The notes below the pieces were generated by a model. The model ran no database searches, was not told the DNA's origin, and saw only the letters and a list, made by a program, of their open reading frames with translations. Below are positions 13,349-26,944 of a DNA stretch of 64,000 nucleotides, in pieces (the first letter of the stretch is position 1; the number at the start of each line of letters is the position of its first letter). The DNA lies in contig JBODTK010000105.1 in the NCBI GenBank assembly GCA_050613775.1, positions 496,001 through 560,000 on the forward strand, written 5' to 3'. The DNA comes from Neocallimastix sp. 'constans'. Lineage: Eukaryota. A program made the translations under genes and the position numbers.

Positions 13349-15965
13349 ATGAATATAAAATCTTTAAATTTATTGTTTTTCTTGTTTACAATAGGTAAAT
13401 ATATAAAAAAAAGAAATAGATATTTAATAATATGAAATGATTTGTTAAAATATTTATTTATATTAATTTTTTTTTTACTTTTATAATATATTTATAAAGT
13501 AAATGGAATTGAAATTACCCTTCATGGTTTTGTATATGTACCAACTGTATTTCATGAAACATTAGCTGAAAGAACAAATAACTATTTAAAATCGAAAGGT
13601 TTAGATATCACATTAAAAACAAATTTTGAAAATCCAATTACGAGTTCAGGAAATCCAGTTCAAGTAGCTAGTTTCATAGAAGATTCAGTATTAAGAAAAA
13701 ACGACGGTTATGACCTTTATATTACTGATACTGTATATACCGGTCGTTTTTCTGAACATTTTGAAGATTTAAGCAAATATGTTGATAAAAATGTCATAAA
13801 GCTTTATGCAGATGGTACTGCAACTAAAACTTGTTATGTTGATACTAAACTTGCTGGATTAGTATGTTTTTTTTTTTTTTTTTTTTTTTTAATTATATAT
13901 ATTTAAAAATATATAGATAAAAATAATTATATATATTTTTGAAGATATAAATAAAAAATAAATATATCTTAACTAATTTTTAAATTATTTAAAATATTAT
14001 TTAAATAAATTTTAGCCTTTAATGGTTGATTATGGAGGTATGTACTCCAACATAAGATTATTAAATAAATACAATAGAACTATTCCGGAAACTTGGGATC
14101 AATTAATTGAAACTTCAACTTATATTTATAAACTTGAAAAAGAATCAAATCCGGAATTACGTACATTCTTAGGACATTTACCTGATACTGAAAATGGTCT
14201 TGTTACTATTTTGCAGTACATTCATTCTTTTAGAGATTCCAGTAATGATAAATTCCCAGAATATACTAGTGAAAATGCTGTTGCTGCTCTTGAGAAAATG
14301 AAAGAAATTAAAAATAAAGCCTCCACTCCAGATGACTTTAATACTCCAGATTTTGATATTCTTAATACCCTCGAAAAAGGAAACTTCATCTTTTTATTAT
14401 ATTGGTATACTGGAAAAGAATATGAAGGTCAAGAATATGAATTTACTCAAATTCCAGGTAAAAAGCAAGGTATTTCTGCTTCATGTGTTGGTGGTAGTAA
14501 TATTTCAATGAATAAATATATTACTGAAGAAAAGAAGAAAGCTGCTGGTGAAGTTTTATCCTTCATTAACTCATTTGAACAACAAAAATATGGTATCATC
14601 AATGCCAATTTAATTAGTGCCATTCATTCAACCTATTCTGATCCTGAAATTTGTCAAAAAATTGATTGTGTAAAATTCAGTACAATGCAAAGTATTGTTA
14701 GGCCAAGTAGTTCTGCCATCAATTACGAACAATATTCTCAACAATTCCGTGATTTAGTTAAAGATTATCTCTACGATCAAAGTAATAAATCTGCAAAGGA
14801 AATTTTAACTGAAATAGATGATCTTAGAAAAGTTCACCATGTTGAGTTAACTTCAATAACTAGTATTGTAATGTTATCTGTAGCTTTAGTTGTCGTAGTT
14901 TTATTATGCCTTGCTTACGTATTTATAACCGTTAATCGTTTTAAGCAACAATTTGTTTTCTTATCATATTTCTATTGGTGTGTATTTGTTTTAGGTATAC
15001 TTATTACTTCCTTCTATGCTGTTGCTGGTGTTAATAAACTTTCAAATTATAACTGTTTAATTAGACCATTCCTTCTTTCCATCGGGTTTAGTATGATATA
15101 TATTCCATTCTTACTTAAAATGTTTGTAGTTTTTCCTAAGAAAAATTCAATTTCAAAATTGGTGAAAGATCATTTCAGTTTGATTTTCACCTTTTTCCTC
15201 ATTATTGACGTTGGATTAAATATTGCTTGGTATTTATTAGATCCATTAGTTGTTAATAAATTAATGGTTACTTCTGGAAAGAACTTCCAATTTTGCAGCA
15301 CTACAAGTGAATTAGGAGAATACATGAAATATACCTTATTTGGTTTTAAAATTCTTATTCTTATAATCATGAGTATTTTATCGTTCACTGAATGGAATCT
15401 TGTCGCTTTTAAATCTGATATTCGTTCATTCAGTAATACCATTTACAGCACTTTTATAATTATTATTGCATTCATTATAGTAGAAAAAATAAATATCGAA
15501 AATAGATATTTATATTACATATTACGTACTGCCTTAGTTATGATCTACTGTATTTCAAACTTAGTCATCATTATTGGTATGAAGTATTATCAAATTAATA
15601 TTAAAAAAGAAGATCCCTTCCCAGATATTCGTAGTTTCAGTAAAAATTCGAGTAGTGATCTTAATAAAAGTAATAATTACTATAAAGTTGATATGAATAA
15701 ATCTGTAAACAAGAACACTTTATTAAATTTCCACTATCAAACAGGTACAGCTATACCACAAGCTGCTGTTACAAAGAATTATCCAGTTCTTTTCACAAAA
15801 AATATTAATACTAATACTGTAAATCGTAACAATATTTTCCAAAATAGTAGCAGTGAAACAAGCAGTCCAAACTCAGAGACTGCTATGAGAAGTAATAATT
15901 TTTATAATTACAATTACAATAATAATTACGGTTTCAATAACAATAATTTCAACTATAGATATTAA
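13349..15965 (+). CDS. SBP-ectodomain class C-like GPCR (receptor 2), 3 exons, ~785 aa
   Basis: Exons 13349-13394, 13500-13861, 14016-15965. Signal peptide MNIKSLNLLFFLFTIVNG. SBP motifs (YDLYITD, LAGLP, PETWDQL, GGSNISMN). 7TM with SGKNFQFC. Asn/Ser-rich cytoplasmic tail. Confidence 0.88.
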
Positions 15966-15983
15966 AATTAAAATATTAATTGA

Positions 15984-16014
<31 letters not shown>

Positions 16015-17443
16015 CTATAGAAATAAAAATTAATTTGAATTTTATTTCTTATAAAAAAACAAAAAACAAAAGACAAAAGAAATAGAATTCAAAAGCTAAA
16101 AAACAAAAATATAATAAATAATTATAATAATGATAATTATTATTAAATAGAACTAAAAATATAATAATAATTATATTAATTAAAATAATTATTTTTATAT
16201 TTAATAGACATAAAATAATATAATGATTATTGTAGTAACTATAAACATCAAAATGAGTTTTTTTTTTTTAACAAAAGAAGTTATGAATTAAATATTGTAA
16301 TATAAAAAAAGTTATTATGAAGTAATCATTGTAATATATAAAATAGAGTTTGAAATATATATATATAAATAATCATTTTTAATGTATATATTTCTTTTAT
16401 AGAGTTAAAGCTCCTAAATATACACTAATGTATTAAAGGTGCTTTTTTGTTAATAATTAAGAAAATTAAAACCTATTATATAAAAATATAGAAATATTTA
16501 AAAAATGAAAAAATATAAAATTATTTAAATAATTAAAAATTAAGTATATTCGAAATTTTTATTCTACATTTTTTATTATTGGAAATATTGAAAATATTTA
16601 AAATTTTGTATAAATAGATAGAACGTAAAAATTTAAAATAAAATAAAAAAGAATAATATATAAAAATAATAATTTGATATATTCAAATCTACACATTTAT
16701 TTGAATAAAAATATTAAAAGCAATTAATATTTTAAATAAATAAAAAGATAAATATAAAAAAATAAAAATTTGATATATTTAAATCTACTCTTATTTTAAT
16801 AAAAATATTGAAAGCATTTAAAAAAACAAATTTTAATAAAAATATTGAAAGCATTTAAAAAGACAAATTAAAAGTATCTTATATTTATATCTGTTTTAGA
16901 ATAAATATAATTATATTTTAATAAAGAATACTTCATTAATGTTTATCCTTTAAAATAATTAACTTAATGGATTATTCTTTATTAATTTTTTATCCTTTAA
17001 AATAGTTAATAATAAAAATCTAAAGTTTTGAATGGATAAATAAAAATCTAAAGTTTTGAATGGATAAATAAAAATATAAAGTATAATAAATAAAAATATT
17101 TATAATAATAGAAATAAGTTATTTTTATCAAATTAATTTAATTTATTAAATTATATAAATTCTAAAAATAAAAAGCCTTTTAAATTTTATTTTATTGTAT
17201 TTTATTTCATTTATTTTTATTTTTAAAAAAATTGATATATTTATGTATAAAAGTAATAAAAAAATAATTAACAAAGATAAAAAAATTAATAAAAAAAAAA
17301 ACATAAATAAGTTTTTGATTAATTTTTTTATCAATTAATAACCATTAACCTTAAACTTTTTTTTTTGTATTAATAATAAAAAATTTTTATTAATCAATAA
17401 ATTCAAAAAAAAAAAAAAAAAAAAAATAAATTAGTGTTAAGAA

Positions 17444-17950
17444 ATGAATAAAAGTACCTTTCTTGAAAATGAAATTTCCGAAAAGTATAAAGTGTATTGG
17501 TCGACCGTTGCTGATGCTGAAAGATGGGCTGCCGATTTATATAGCAATGAGCAATCTGATCAAAGTAATATTAAATCATTATTGGATGGAGTCATATCTA
17601 ACACCGAGATGAAAGTTAAAGATGGACATATTATGGCATCAATGTTGTGGTCGGCTTTAAAGATGTTCACAAGCTTTAACTATGATGCTTTAAAGATATG
17701 CTCCAAGGCACTAGATAAATATGCTGATAATTCCTATAAATTAGCTGAGTTTTTATTACTTGCTCAATCTATTGGTAATTCGATCGATGATTTAAAGTTT
17801 GACAGCAAAAAGGTAAATACATCTTTGATTACTGATGCGATTGGTTTGCTTCGTACAGAAAGGAATGGTCATTCTACTGATGCTGGTAGGCTTCTGCAAA
17901 TATTAGAGAGATCGTTAGAGAACGCAAATATAGGATATCTTTTAAAATGA
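17444..17950 (+). CDS. Intronless 168-aa hypothetical protein (orphan, probably helical)
   Basis: Clean ATG-TGA ORF, clearly GC-richer than its flanks, globular-protein composition. No family recognised. Confidence 0.7.
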   Translation: MNKSTFLENEISEKYKVYWSTVADAERWAADLYSNEQSDQSNIKSLLDGVISNTEMKVKDGHIMASMLWSALKMFTSFNYDALKICSKALDKYADNSYKLAEFLLLAQSIGNSIDDLKFDSKKVNTSLITDAIGLLRTERNGHSTDAGRLLQILERSLENANIGYLLK

Positions 17951-18319
17951 AAGTCCTAATACTATCGTTTATCAGTAATTTTTTTTTTCATTAATTAATA
18001 TGAATTTAATTTTAACCTTAAAACTTATTATTATTTTTTTTTATTATTAGAAAATTTGTATTATAAATATGAAAGATAATATTATTAATAATGAGGTAGC
18101 AATTATCAATTATAAATGATAATAATATTTCAAATGTGAGTTCGCTACCCTTTTGTTTAAATTTAACCTTAATCTTTTTTTCATTGTTATTAATAAATTA
18201 AAAGATAATCTTTTTGAAACTTCTTTTTTATTCTTTTATTCTTATTAATTAATAAATATATAAATAAAAAGAAGTTTTGAAATAATTGTTTTTTACATTT
18301 ATTATTTAATAAAAGTTTT

Positions 18320-18358
<39 letters not shown>

Positions 18359-18946
18359 GTATATAATATTTTTTAAATTTAATTATATTAAATTTAAAAA
18401 ATATTTCTTTTGAAACTATTTTTTTTTTAAAATTTTTATTTTTATTATTATTAATTAATAAATTTAAAAAATAATTTTTTTTTTTTTTTAAATTGTAATA
18501 GAATTGTTACTATTTATAACTCGAATTTTGATAATAATTTATTATTATTTATTAAATAATAAATACTGTAAAATATTTTATTATTAATAATTAATTAAAA
18601 GAAATACAATTATGATAAAGATTAAAATATAAAATAATTAATAAATTATAATTAATAATTTATTTTTTATATTTTTATCTTTAATTTATTTAATTATTTC
18701 TCCAAATTACAAATTAATTAAAAAATATTTTTATTTTAATATTATATTAATAAAATTTATAATTTATTAATTTTTTTTTTTTTAATAATATATTTTTTTA
18801 ATATCGAGATATAAATATAGATTATAATATAAAATAGAAAAAAAAAAGATTAAAACAATTTTTTTTTTTAAGAAAATAATTTTTTCTTGTTATAATTTTA
18901 AGAGAGAATATTTAATATTATTTGTATTTAAAAAAAAAAAAAAAAA

Positions 18947-20286
18947 ATGAAATTTTTAAAAATAAATTTAATGGTAACAATGGTTACCATTTTATTATTA
19001 GGTTCTAAAATCAAAGCTGAAAGTGACTGTGAATACTTGGAAAAAGGTATCAAGTACTTCAGTGATGACTTAAATAAGGTTTTCAAGGTTGATAAATGTT
19101 GTGATTTCAATGGTGTTCGTTGTGATGCCGATAAAAATATTCGTGAAATTAAATTCAATAATGTTAAAAAAACAAATGATATCAGTAAATTTATTGAAAA
19201 TATTGCTAAATTCAAAAATTTAACCTATTTAGATTTAGCTAACGATAATATTGAAGGAACTATTCCAAAAACTCTTTGTTCTATTGTTACTTTGAAGAAC
19301 TTGTATTTTCTATTTTATAAAATTATAAATTAAAAAAAAAATAAAATAAAATAAGATAAAACATAATAAAATTACTATATATATTATTAATAAAATTTAA
19401 TTAATTAAAACTTTTATTAAAAATTATAAAATATATATATATATTAATTATTGATTATTAATAGAAATTTATCAAAAAACAAATTAAAAGGTACTATTCC
19501 TTATGATTGTAAAAACATGGAAAATATTGAGCAAATGTATAAAAATTTTTATAAATTTTATTATATTATTATTTTTAAAGTATAAATATAAATATAATGA
19601 TTATATAAAAAAAAATATAAAAATAATTTTTTTTTATACTTTTTTATAGTAATTTTGAAGGTAATAAGGATTTATTTGGTTATGTTCCCATATTACCAAA
19701 GGTAAAAGGTTGTGCTTTTAAGGATACTAATTTATGTGATGTTCCAAATGCTCTCTGTAAAAATGCACCAAAAAATTGTACTGAAGATGATTACAAGAAT
19801 ACTAATAAAGAAAATGGTAATCCGAATGCCGATAGTAATACTTACGATGGTTCTGAAACTAGGGAAAGAGATATGAGTCTCTATGATAACTATAATGGTT
19901 ACAGTTATGGTTACAGTGGTTATGATGGATATAGCAACTACGGTAATTATGATACTAGTAACTACTACGGAAATACTGGATACGGTTATGGTTATGGTGA
20001 TTGGAACTACTATGGTAATGATTATGACAATAGTTACTATAACAATGGTTATTATGGTACAGGTTATGATAATGGTTATTACTATGGCACTGGATACGAT
20101 ACCAGTTACTACGATAATGGTTATTACGGTACTGGTACTACTAATTATCCTAGCAATACTGGTAGCGGATCCCAAAGTTATGGTGCCCATACTTATACCG
20201 GTTATTCTTCAGCTCCCCGTACTCTTAAAGGAAGTCTCTTTGTTGTTTCTCTGATTAGTATTCTCTTTGGTGTTATCTTAATATAA
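18947..20286 (+). CDS. Secreted LRR protein with Tyr/Gly/Asn/Asp-rich tail and probable GPI-anchor signal, ~354 aa
   Basis: Exons 18947-19302, 19465-19536 (72 nt = one 24-aa LRR), 19650-20286. Signal peptide, Cys N-cap (CCDFNGVRC), plant-type LRRs (LTYLDLANDNIEGTIP; LKNLNLSKNKLKGTIP), Cys C-cap, YDNGYYGTG repeats, SSA plus hydrophobic C-terminus. Confidence 0.85.
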
Positions 20287-21700
20287 ACACGATTTTTATA
20301 TAATTTATAAAAATTTTTATATAACAATATTATATATTAATATGTGAAAATATAGTTAAATTATTTAATCTTAAAAATTAATATCATACCCAATAAAAAT
20401 AGTTAATAAATTTAAAAAATTAAAATCATATCCTCAAAAATTTTTAATAAATATCTTTTTCAAAAAATATTTTTCTACATTTTAAGTATAATAATTTAAA
20501 AATATATTAAATTTTAATTTTTTATATACAAATTCAAATTTTACGTTAATTGTTCTTGATAATAAAATATTTTTTAATCTTTTTTTTTTTTTTTTTTTTT
20601 TTTATATTATTTTTTTAAATATAAATAAATTTTTTAAAAATTATAATATTTGATCTTATAATAAATTTATTTTTTTTTTTTTTTAAAATAATGAAACTTT
20701 TTTATTTTTTTTTTTATGAAATATATTTGAAAATAAAGATTATTTTATAAATATGTTTAAAAATAAAAATTTAATTTTAAATGTAAAATTTGAATTTTAT
20801 ATTTAATTTTAAAGTTTATTATTACAAAATATTCCTAAATTTAAAATTTTATAAAGATTTAATTTTAAAGTATTTTTTATTATATTTTTTAGAAAATTAT
20901 TAGTGATCTGATAATAAGATTCAATTTATTGATGAAAAATATGGAAAATCTATAGAGCTTTTTTATTTTTTGATTATGTAAATTTTTATAAATGATTTAA
21001 TATCTTAGATTTTAAAAAATAAAATCTAATTGTATCATTATATTCTTTGTTATTAAATTTTTATAAAATTTTCATATTATATTTGTTAAAAAATAAATAA
21101 ATAATCGCTGTGTAATTCTTTAATTATTATATTTTATAAAAAATTAAAATTTAACTTTCATGAATTATTTTATTATTACTATTAATATTATTATTTAGCA
21201 AAAAAAAAAAAAAAATACATATATAACGTATTTTGATGTATATATAATTAAAAGTAAAAAATAAAAAAAATATTTTTTTATTATTAGTGGAATTTAAATT
21301 AATAAAATAAAAAAAAAAATTTTATATTTCAATTAAAAAAAAAATAATATTATCATAATATTGATAAAAATAATTTAAGAATTTATTATTTCAATTAAAA
21401 TATTATAATAATGATAAAATTTAAAATTAATTTTCTCGAATTATTTTATTATTATTAATAAAGAAATTTAAATTTAAATAAATAAAAATAAATAAGAATT
21501 TATTATTTCAATTATAAATAAAAACAATTAAAAAAAAAAAAAATTAAATATATTTTTTATTATATTTTATTTTTTTTATTATTTTTTTTTATTTGAATTT
21601 ATGATTATGATATATTCTTCTTATTATATTTTATTATAAAAATTTATTTACATTTCATTACGCAATATTTTGGATTAATTATATTTAAGTAAATTATTAA

Positions 21701-24459
21701 TTAATTAAAAGTATTGCTAAGATTTGAATTTACCAAATTAGAATCATTACTACTATGATTTGATTTCATGTAATGATAACTTAATATTTTATTGGATATT
21801 TTTTCTATACTTGAATTAGATTCATGATTTGAACTATTTTTTGTTAAGGTTGCTTGAGGGTTTGAACGATTGGTACTACCTAGTTTAACATTATTTTCTC
21901 TGAACTTTTTCATATACACATCATCTTCATTATTTATTTTTATAAATTTCCAGATTAATCTAAATCCATATATAAATATATAATTTGATAATGAAAAGAG
22001 TATATAAACTAAACATTGTAATTCAAATATTAGAATATAATTATTAACTTTTAAATAATTAAATATTGTTAATAAAACTACTGAAATAATATCCATATAA
22101 ATTGCTAAAGTGATAAATCTTATATCATAATAGGTATTTTCGAGACTCCATTCAATAAAAATCATACCAAGAATTAAAATAGCTATAATTATTTTAATTA
22201 CTTCTATCAATATAACAATAAAATTCCCAAATCCATTATCCATATGGCATATCTGGAAATTTTTACCATCATTAATAATTTTATTTTTGACAGAATAAGG
22301 CGATATAAATGTCAATAAAAATAATACAATATCTATTGTAATAAATATCAAAAGGAATAAATATCGATTACGACTAACCCATTGAGTTTTAGCATTAGGT
22401 TCTGGAAAGTTAATTATTAATTTATATAATACAGGAACTAAATTAAGAGTAAATCCAAAAGATATGAATAATGTTACTAAATTACATTTGATACTATTTT
22501 TTTCTCCATACCCTAATAAATAAGTATTTAATATAATAACAGATCCAAAAACAATCAAAATCCAGAAATCATAAGGTAAAAATTCAAAATAAGTTTTATC
22601 TTTATCTTTAATAAGAACGAGTAATGATAATATCATTAATACAGAAATAGTAGTACATATTATAAAGAATACCATTCCAACAGAACTATCATCTAAGCTA
22701 AGTGAAATGGTATATATATGAGTAATATCTTTAATCTCAATTAGAACTTCTTTTGCTGATTTATTACCATATAAAAATTTATGAAGAGCATTTCTAAATT
22801 TTTCAGAATAAGAAGTATAATCAGCCATTTTTGGTCGTGGTGTTAATTGAATACTTTTGAAAAATTTACAATCTACTACTTTACAAACTTCCTCATCCTC
22901 ATATAAACTAGGGATTCCAGAATATAAATTTTTTTCCATTACCATATTTTTTTGTATTTCTTTAGATGTTATGAAAGTCAAAACTTTTGCGGAAGCCACT
23001 TTCTTTTCATATTTAATATTATCATTGATACCTATATTATATCCTCCAATGGTTGATCCTGATATTCCATCTTTACCTCCTGGAATTGCAGAAGCATTAT
23101 AAAAGGTGAGGTTTGGAAAATACCAATATTTTAAAAATATAAATTTTCCATTCATCATTTTTTCTGCTGTATAATCATCACTAGATTTAAATACTAAATC
23201 TATTAATTAAAATTTAATTAAATTTTAATTAATTAAATTTATATGAATTGTAAATCTTAATTTCTCCATAAATAACAATAATAATAATAGTAAAAAAAAA
23301 AAAGAAAAACAAAAGATTATATTGATTAATTAAAAATGAAAGAAGATTTACCTGAACCTATTTCTTCTTTCATTCTTTTCATCATTTCCAAAGCTTCAAT
23401 TGCTTCTTCACTTGGAAATTCAGGATAATCATCATTAACTTCTTTTCTGAATGAATATATAAATTCATAAAATGTACATGTTCCAGATTCTCTACCTAAT
23501 ATTTAATGTAATAGCATCAAATAATGGGTATTAAATATTTTTTTTAATAAATACAATAAAAATTAAAGTATTTAAATTTAATTTTAATTAAATGTATATA
23601 ATTAATTTATTAAATAAATATATTTTTAATTATAATATTTTTTAAATTTACTATTGAATAATCCATTGTAAGTCATTAAAGAATTATTAAGTTTTTCTTC
23701 TTCATCTCTAATATATTTACTTGTTTCTATTAATTCTTCCCATGTTGTTGGAATAGTTTTGTTATATTTTTCTGTATAATTAGTATTTGTATATAAAACT
23801 GCAAAATCAATAGTAATTGGCTTAATATATGTTAAAAAAAATTAATATTAATTATTATTTCTTAAAAAAATATAATATATATATTTATATATATATATTT
23901 ATAATAATATAATAAAAAAATATTTAAAAAGCATTATATATTACAAGTCCAACCCATTTGTCCTTTCCATAAACACATGATCTTGAAGCAATTCCTGGTT
24001 TATATAAATCAATAAGTTCATCAGGTATTAATCCTTTTAAATTTGCTAAATGTTGTCCAAATCTGGTAGTATAAACGTTATCATAAAAAATTATATCATA
24101 TTCAAATTTTTTATTCATTTTAAAAGAAGCCTCAAGCAATGATTCATAATCTGAAACGAGAGTTGTTGAATTTGCCTCAGAAAAAAGATTTAAATGTACA
24201 TTAATATTTAATTTATTTTGTTTCGAAAATTTATTAAATTGTTTAATGAGGGGATAGTACAATTCTCCTGCACCATTTCTTGCAAATGCAATTGCATTAA
24301 GAGTTAGAGTATTTGCTTTTATTTAAAAAAAAAAAAAAAAGAAAATTTAATAATAATTTTTTATATTATATAAAATTTTAAAAGCTTTTTTTATAATATA
24401 TTTACTATACCTATACATATAAAAAAGTAAAAAAAAACTAAAATATATAAAATTATCAT
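21701..24459 (-). CDS. SBP-ectodomain class C-like GPCR (receptor 3), 5 exons, ~743 aa
   Basis: Exons 24459-24411, 24315-23945, 23820-23652, 23495-23352, 23199-21701. Same intron positions and phases as receptor 1. SBP motifs plus 7TM (DGKNFQIC). Confidence 0.88.
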
Positions 24460-24604
24460 TTCTGTTTTTAACATATTAATAAAAATTTTCTTAATAGTAA
24501 ATACTAATAAATTAAAATTTTCGTATTAAAACTATTTCTTTTTATTTAAATAATAATATACATTGTTTATAAAAAAAAAAATTCAAAATTGTTTTAGGAA
24601 TGTA

Positions 24605-24637
<33 letters not shown>

Positions 24638-25789
24638 ACTATATTTATTTATTTTAGACTATTAATAAAATTTAATTTTTAAAATTATAGTTTAAAATCA
24701 AACCAAATTTTAAAATTTAAATATAAATGTCTTATTATGAAATATATTATTAATTTTACTTCCAATAAATGAAAAATAAAAATAATTTTAACTATATTAA
24801 TAAATTTTCCTTTTGAAATTCAAATTTTTTAAAAAAAATTGTATTTAACATAATTCAATCAAAATCAATTAATATAGTTACCAAAATTTAGAAATGCATA
24901 ATTTATTATTAATTTAATTTTATAATCAATGTTTTTTTTTATAATATCTTATAGTCTTATATTCGAAATTAAATAATTAATAAATTTATCCATTTGTTAA
25001 TAAATATTTCATTTATATATATAATTAATATAATATAAAATTTTTATTTTTTAATGAAAGTAATTTGATTTAGTTATATAATTAAATAATAAAATAATTG
25101 TTAAGAAGTTTTAATAAAACTAAATATGTAATAGAAAAAACTTTTAAAAGATATTTATTATTATCAACGCTGTAAATCTTTTTTATGAAACTAAATATTT
25201 AATATGAAAAGTTTTTAAAGGATTATTTATGATTAACACTATTTTATTTTTTTATTAAAATAAAAATATAATAGGAAAAACTTTTAAATGGTTATTTACT
25301 ATATACAATATAAGATTTAATTAAAAGTATATTACAAATTTAAATTTTTTTTTTTCAATTTAAAACTCTGTATAAAATTTTTATAATTGTTTTTTTTTTT
25401 TTTTATTTTTATTTTTTTTTTTTTTTTTTTTATATCCTTAATTTTAACCTTATTTTAAAAAAAATTTTTTTTGGAACTTTATATATATATATTAATAAAT
25501 TTAAAATATATATATATATATTTTTTTTTAAATTAAAATAGAATTGTACAATTTAACTCTAATTATGATAATTTATTATTATTTAAATATATATATTAAA
25601 TCATTAATACTTTAAATTTTAAATAAATTCTTTATCAAGAATGTATTTCATTTAATTAATTATTTTAAAGATAAAAATATAAAAAATAAATTAATAATTA
25701 TAATTTATTAATTATTTTTCCAAATTACAAACTAAATTAAAAATATTTTTAATAAGGTTCATTTTCAAATTTTGATTTTAGTTATTTTT

Positions 25790-25922
25790 GTTAAATTCTT
25801 TTAAAAGTTCAGGGCAAATTAAATTTGCTTCAGGTTCCCAAGATGAATAAGATAAATTTTATTTTTCCCATTTGATAAGATATTTGATTTTTCCATAATG
25901 TTTTCTTTTATCTAGTATTCAA
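25790..25922 (-). mobile_element. Chromodomain remnant of a Ty3/gypsy chromovirus
   Basis: Minus translation ILDKRKHYGKIKYLIKWEK*NLSYSSWEPEANLICPELLKEF: chromodomain YLIKW...SWEPE-NL motif with one stop. Confidence 0.7.
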
Positions 25923-25929
25923 TTAATAT

Positions 25930-26400
25930 TTTATAATCAGTTTTGTTAATTTTTCCAGAGTTTTCTCTATCTTCTAATTTTTATACATTAATACATGGTG
26001 TTCTTGTTATTTTAGTATTGTTTATATTAAAGTTAGTTAACATTTTTTAAATTTAATCTTTTTAATTACATTTGTAGCCTTTATTTGTTTTAATTATATT
26101 AATTCTGATGATTTTGTTTGCTGTTTTATCCATAGAAACTTTGTATTTGTATTTTATCTTTGAAGCAACTGTAGTAGATTCTTTATTTACTATTTCAATT
26201 AATGTATCATCAACATAAAATGATTTTAATAAGTATAATGTATTATTTTTATATTTACCAAATAAGCGATCATCTTTATTATATTGAATTAACTTAATTT
26301 TCTTTAGAAAACCGGAGATTACGTAAACCATGGTCTTCCAGTTTGCTTGAGTCCATAGTATAGTAGAATCAATAATTTTATAATTGTTTTATTATTTTTA
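25930..26400 (-). mobile_element. Ty1/copia RT remnant (C-terminal part)
   Basis: YGLKQTGRPW near 26330-26360 and FYVDD in ORF 26062-26331. Confidence 0.7.
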
Positions 26401-26944
26401 AATTTTAATAATTAGTTAAATCCTTCAATAAAACTTTTAAATACAAAATTAAACATATTGTATTATTTATTTAATATTTTTTTATAATTTAAATAGTTAT
26501 AATCTAAAAATTAATTATTTTATTATTATTTAATTATTTATTATTCTTAAATTCCGTTTTATAATTATTTTAATTTTTAATTTTCATTCTTTATCATAAA
26601 TGGTGCGATTAGCACGAATTTCTTAAATTTGTATTTAATTTAATTAATATTAGTAATAATTGATGTTTAAAATAGGCGGTAAATTTTTATTTATTGCTAT
26701 TTTATTAATTTCAAATAACTTTTTAGAAATCTCAAATTCTACACATTCGAATCAATTTTTTTCTATTTTTAAATTTTACATAAAACTATTTTATTAATTT
26801 TCTTTATTTATTACTACATTTTTAAAATAAATCTTAAAATACAATTTTCATTTAACTATATTTGGTTTAATTTATTTCTACTTTTACAATTTTCGTTATT
26901 AATTAAATTTTTTACATATTATTAAATCTTAAATTTTTCATTTG

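Noticed and set aside
14022..14830. Bacterial ABC-transporter operon or contamination
   Set aside because: The SBP domain has spliceosomal introns and is fused to a 7TM; no permease or ATPase genes are present.
19732..20254. Overlapping Thr/Ile/Val/Met-rich ORFs
   Set aside because: Alternative-frame and antisense shadows of the Tyr/Gly repeat exon.
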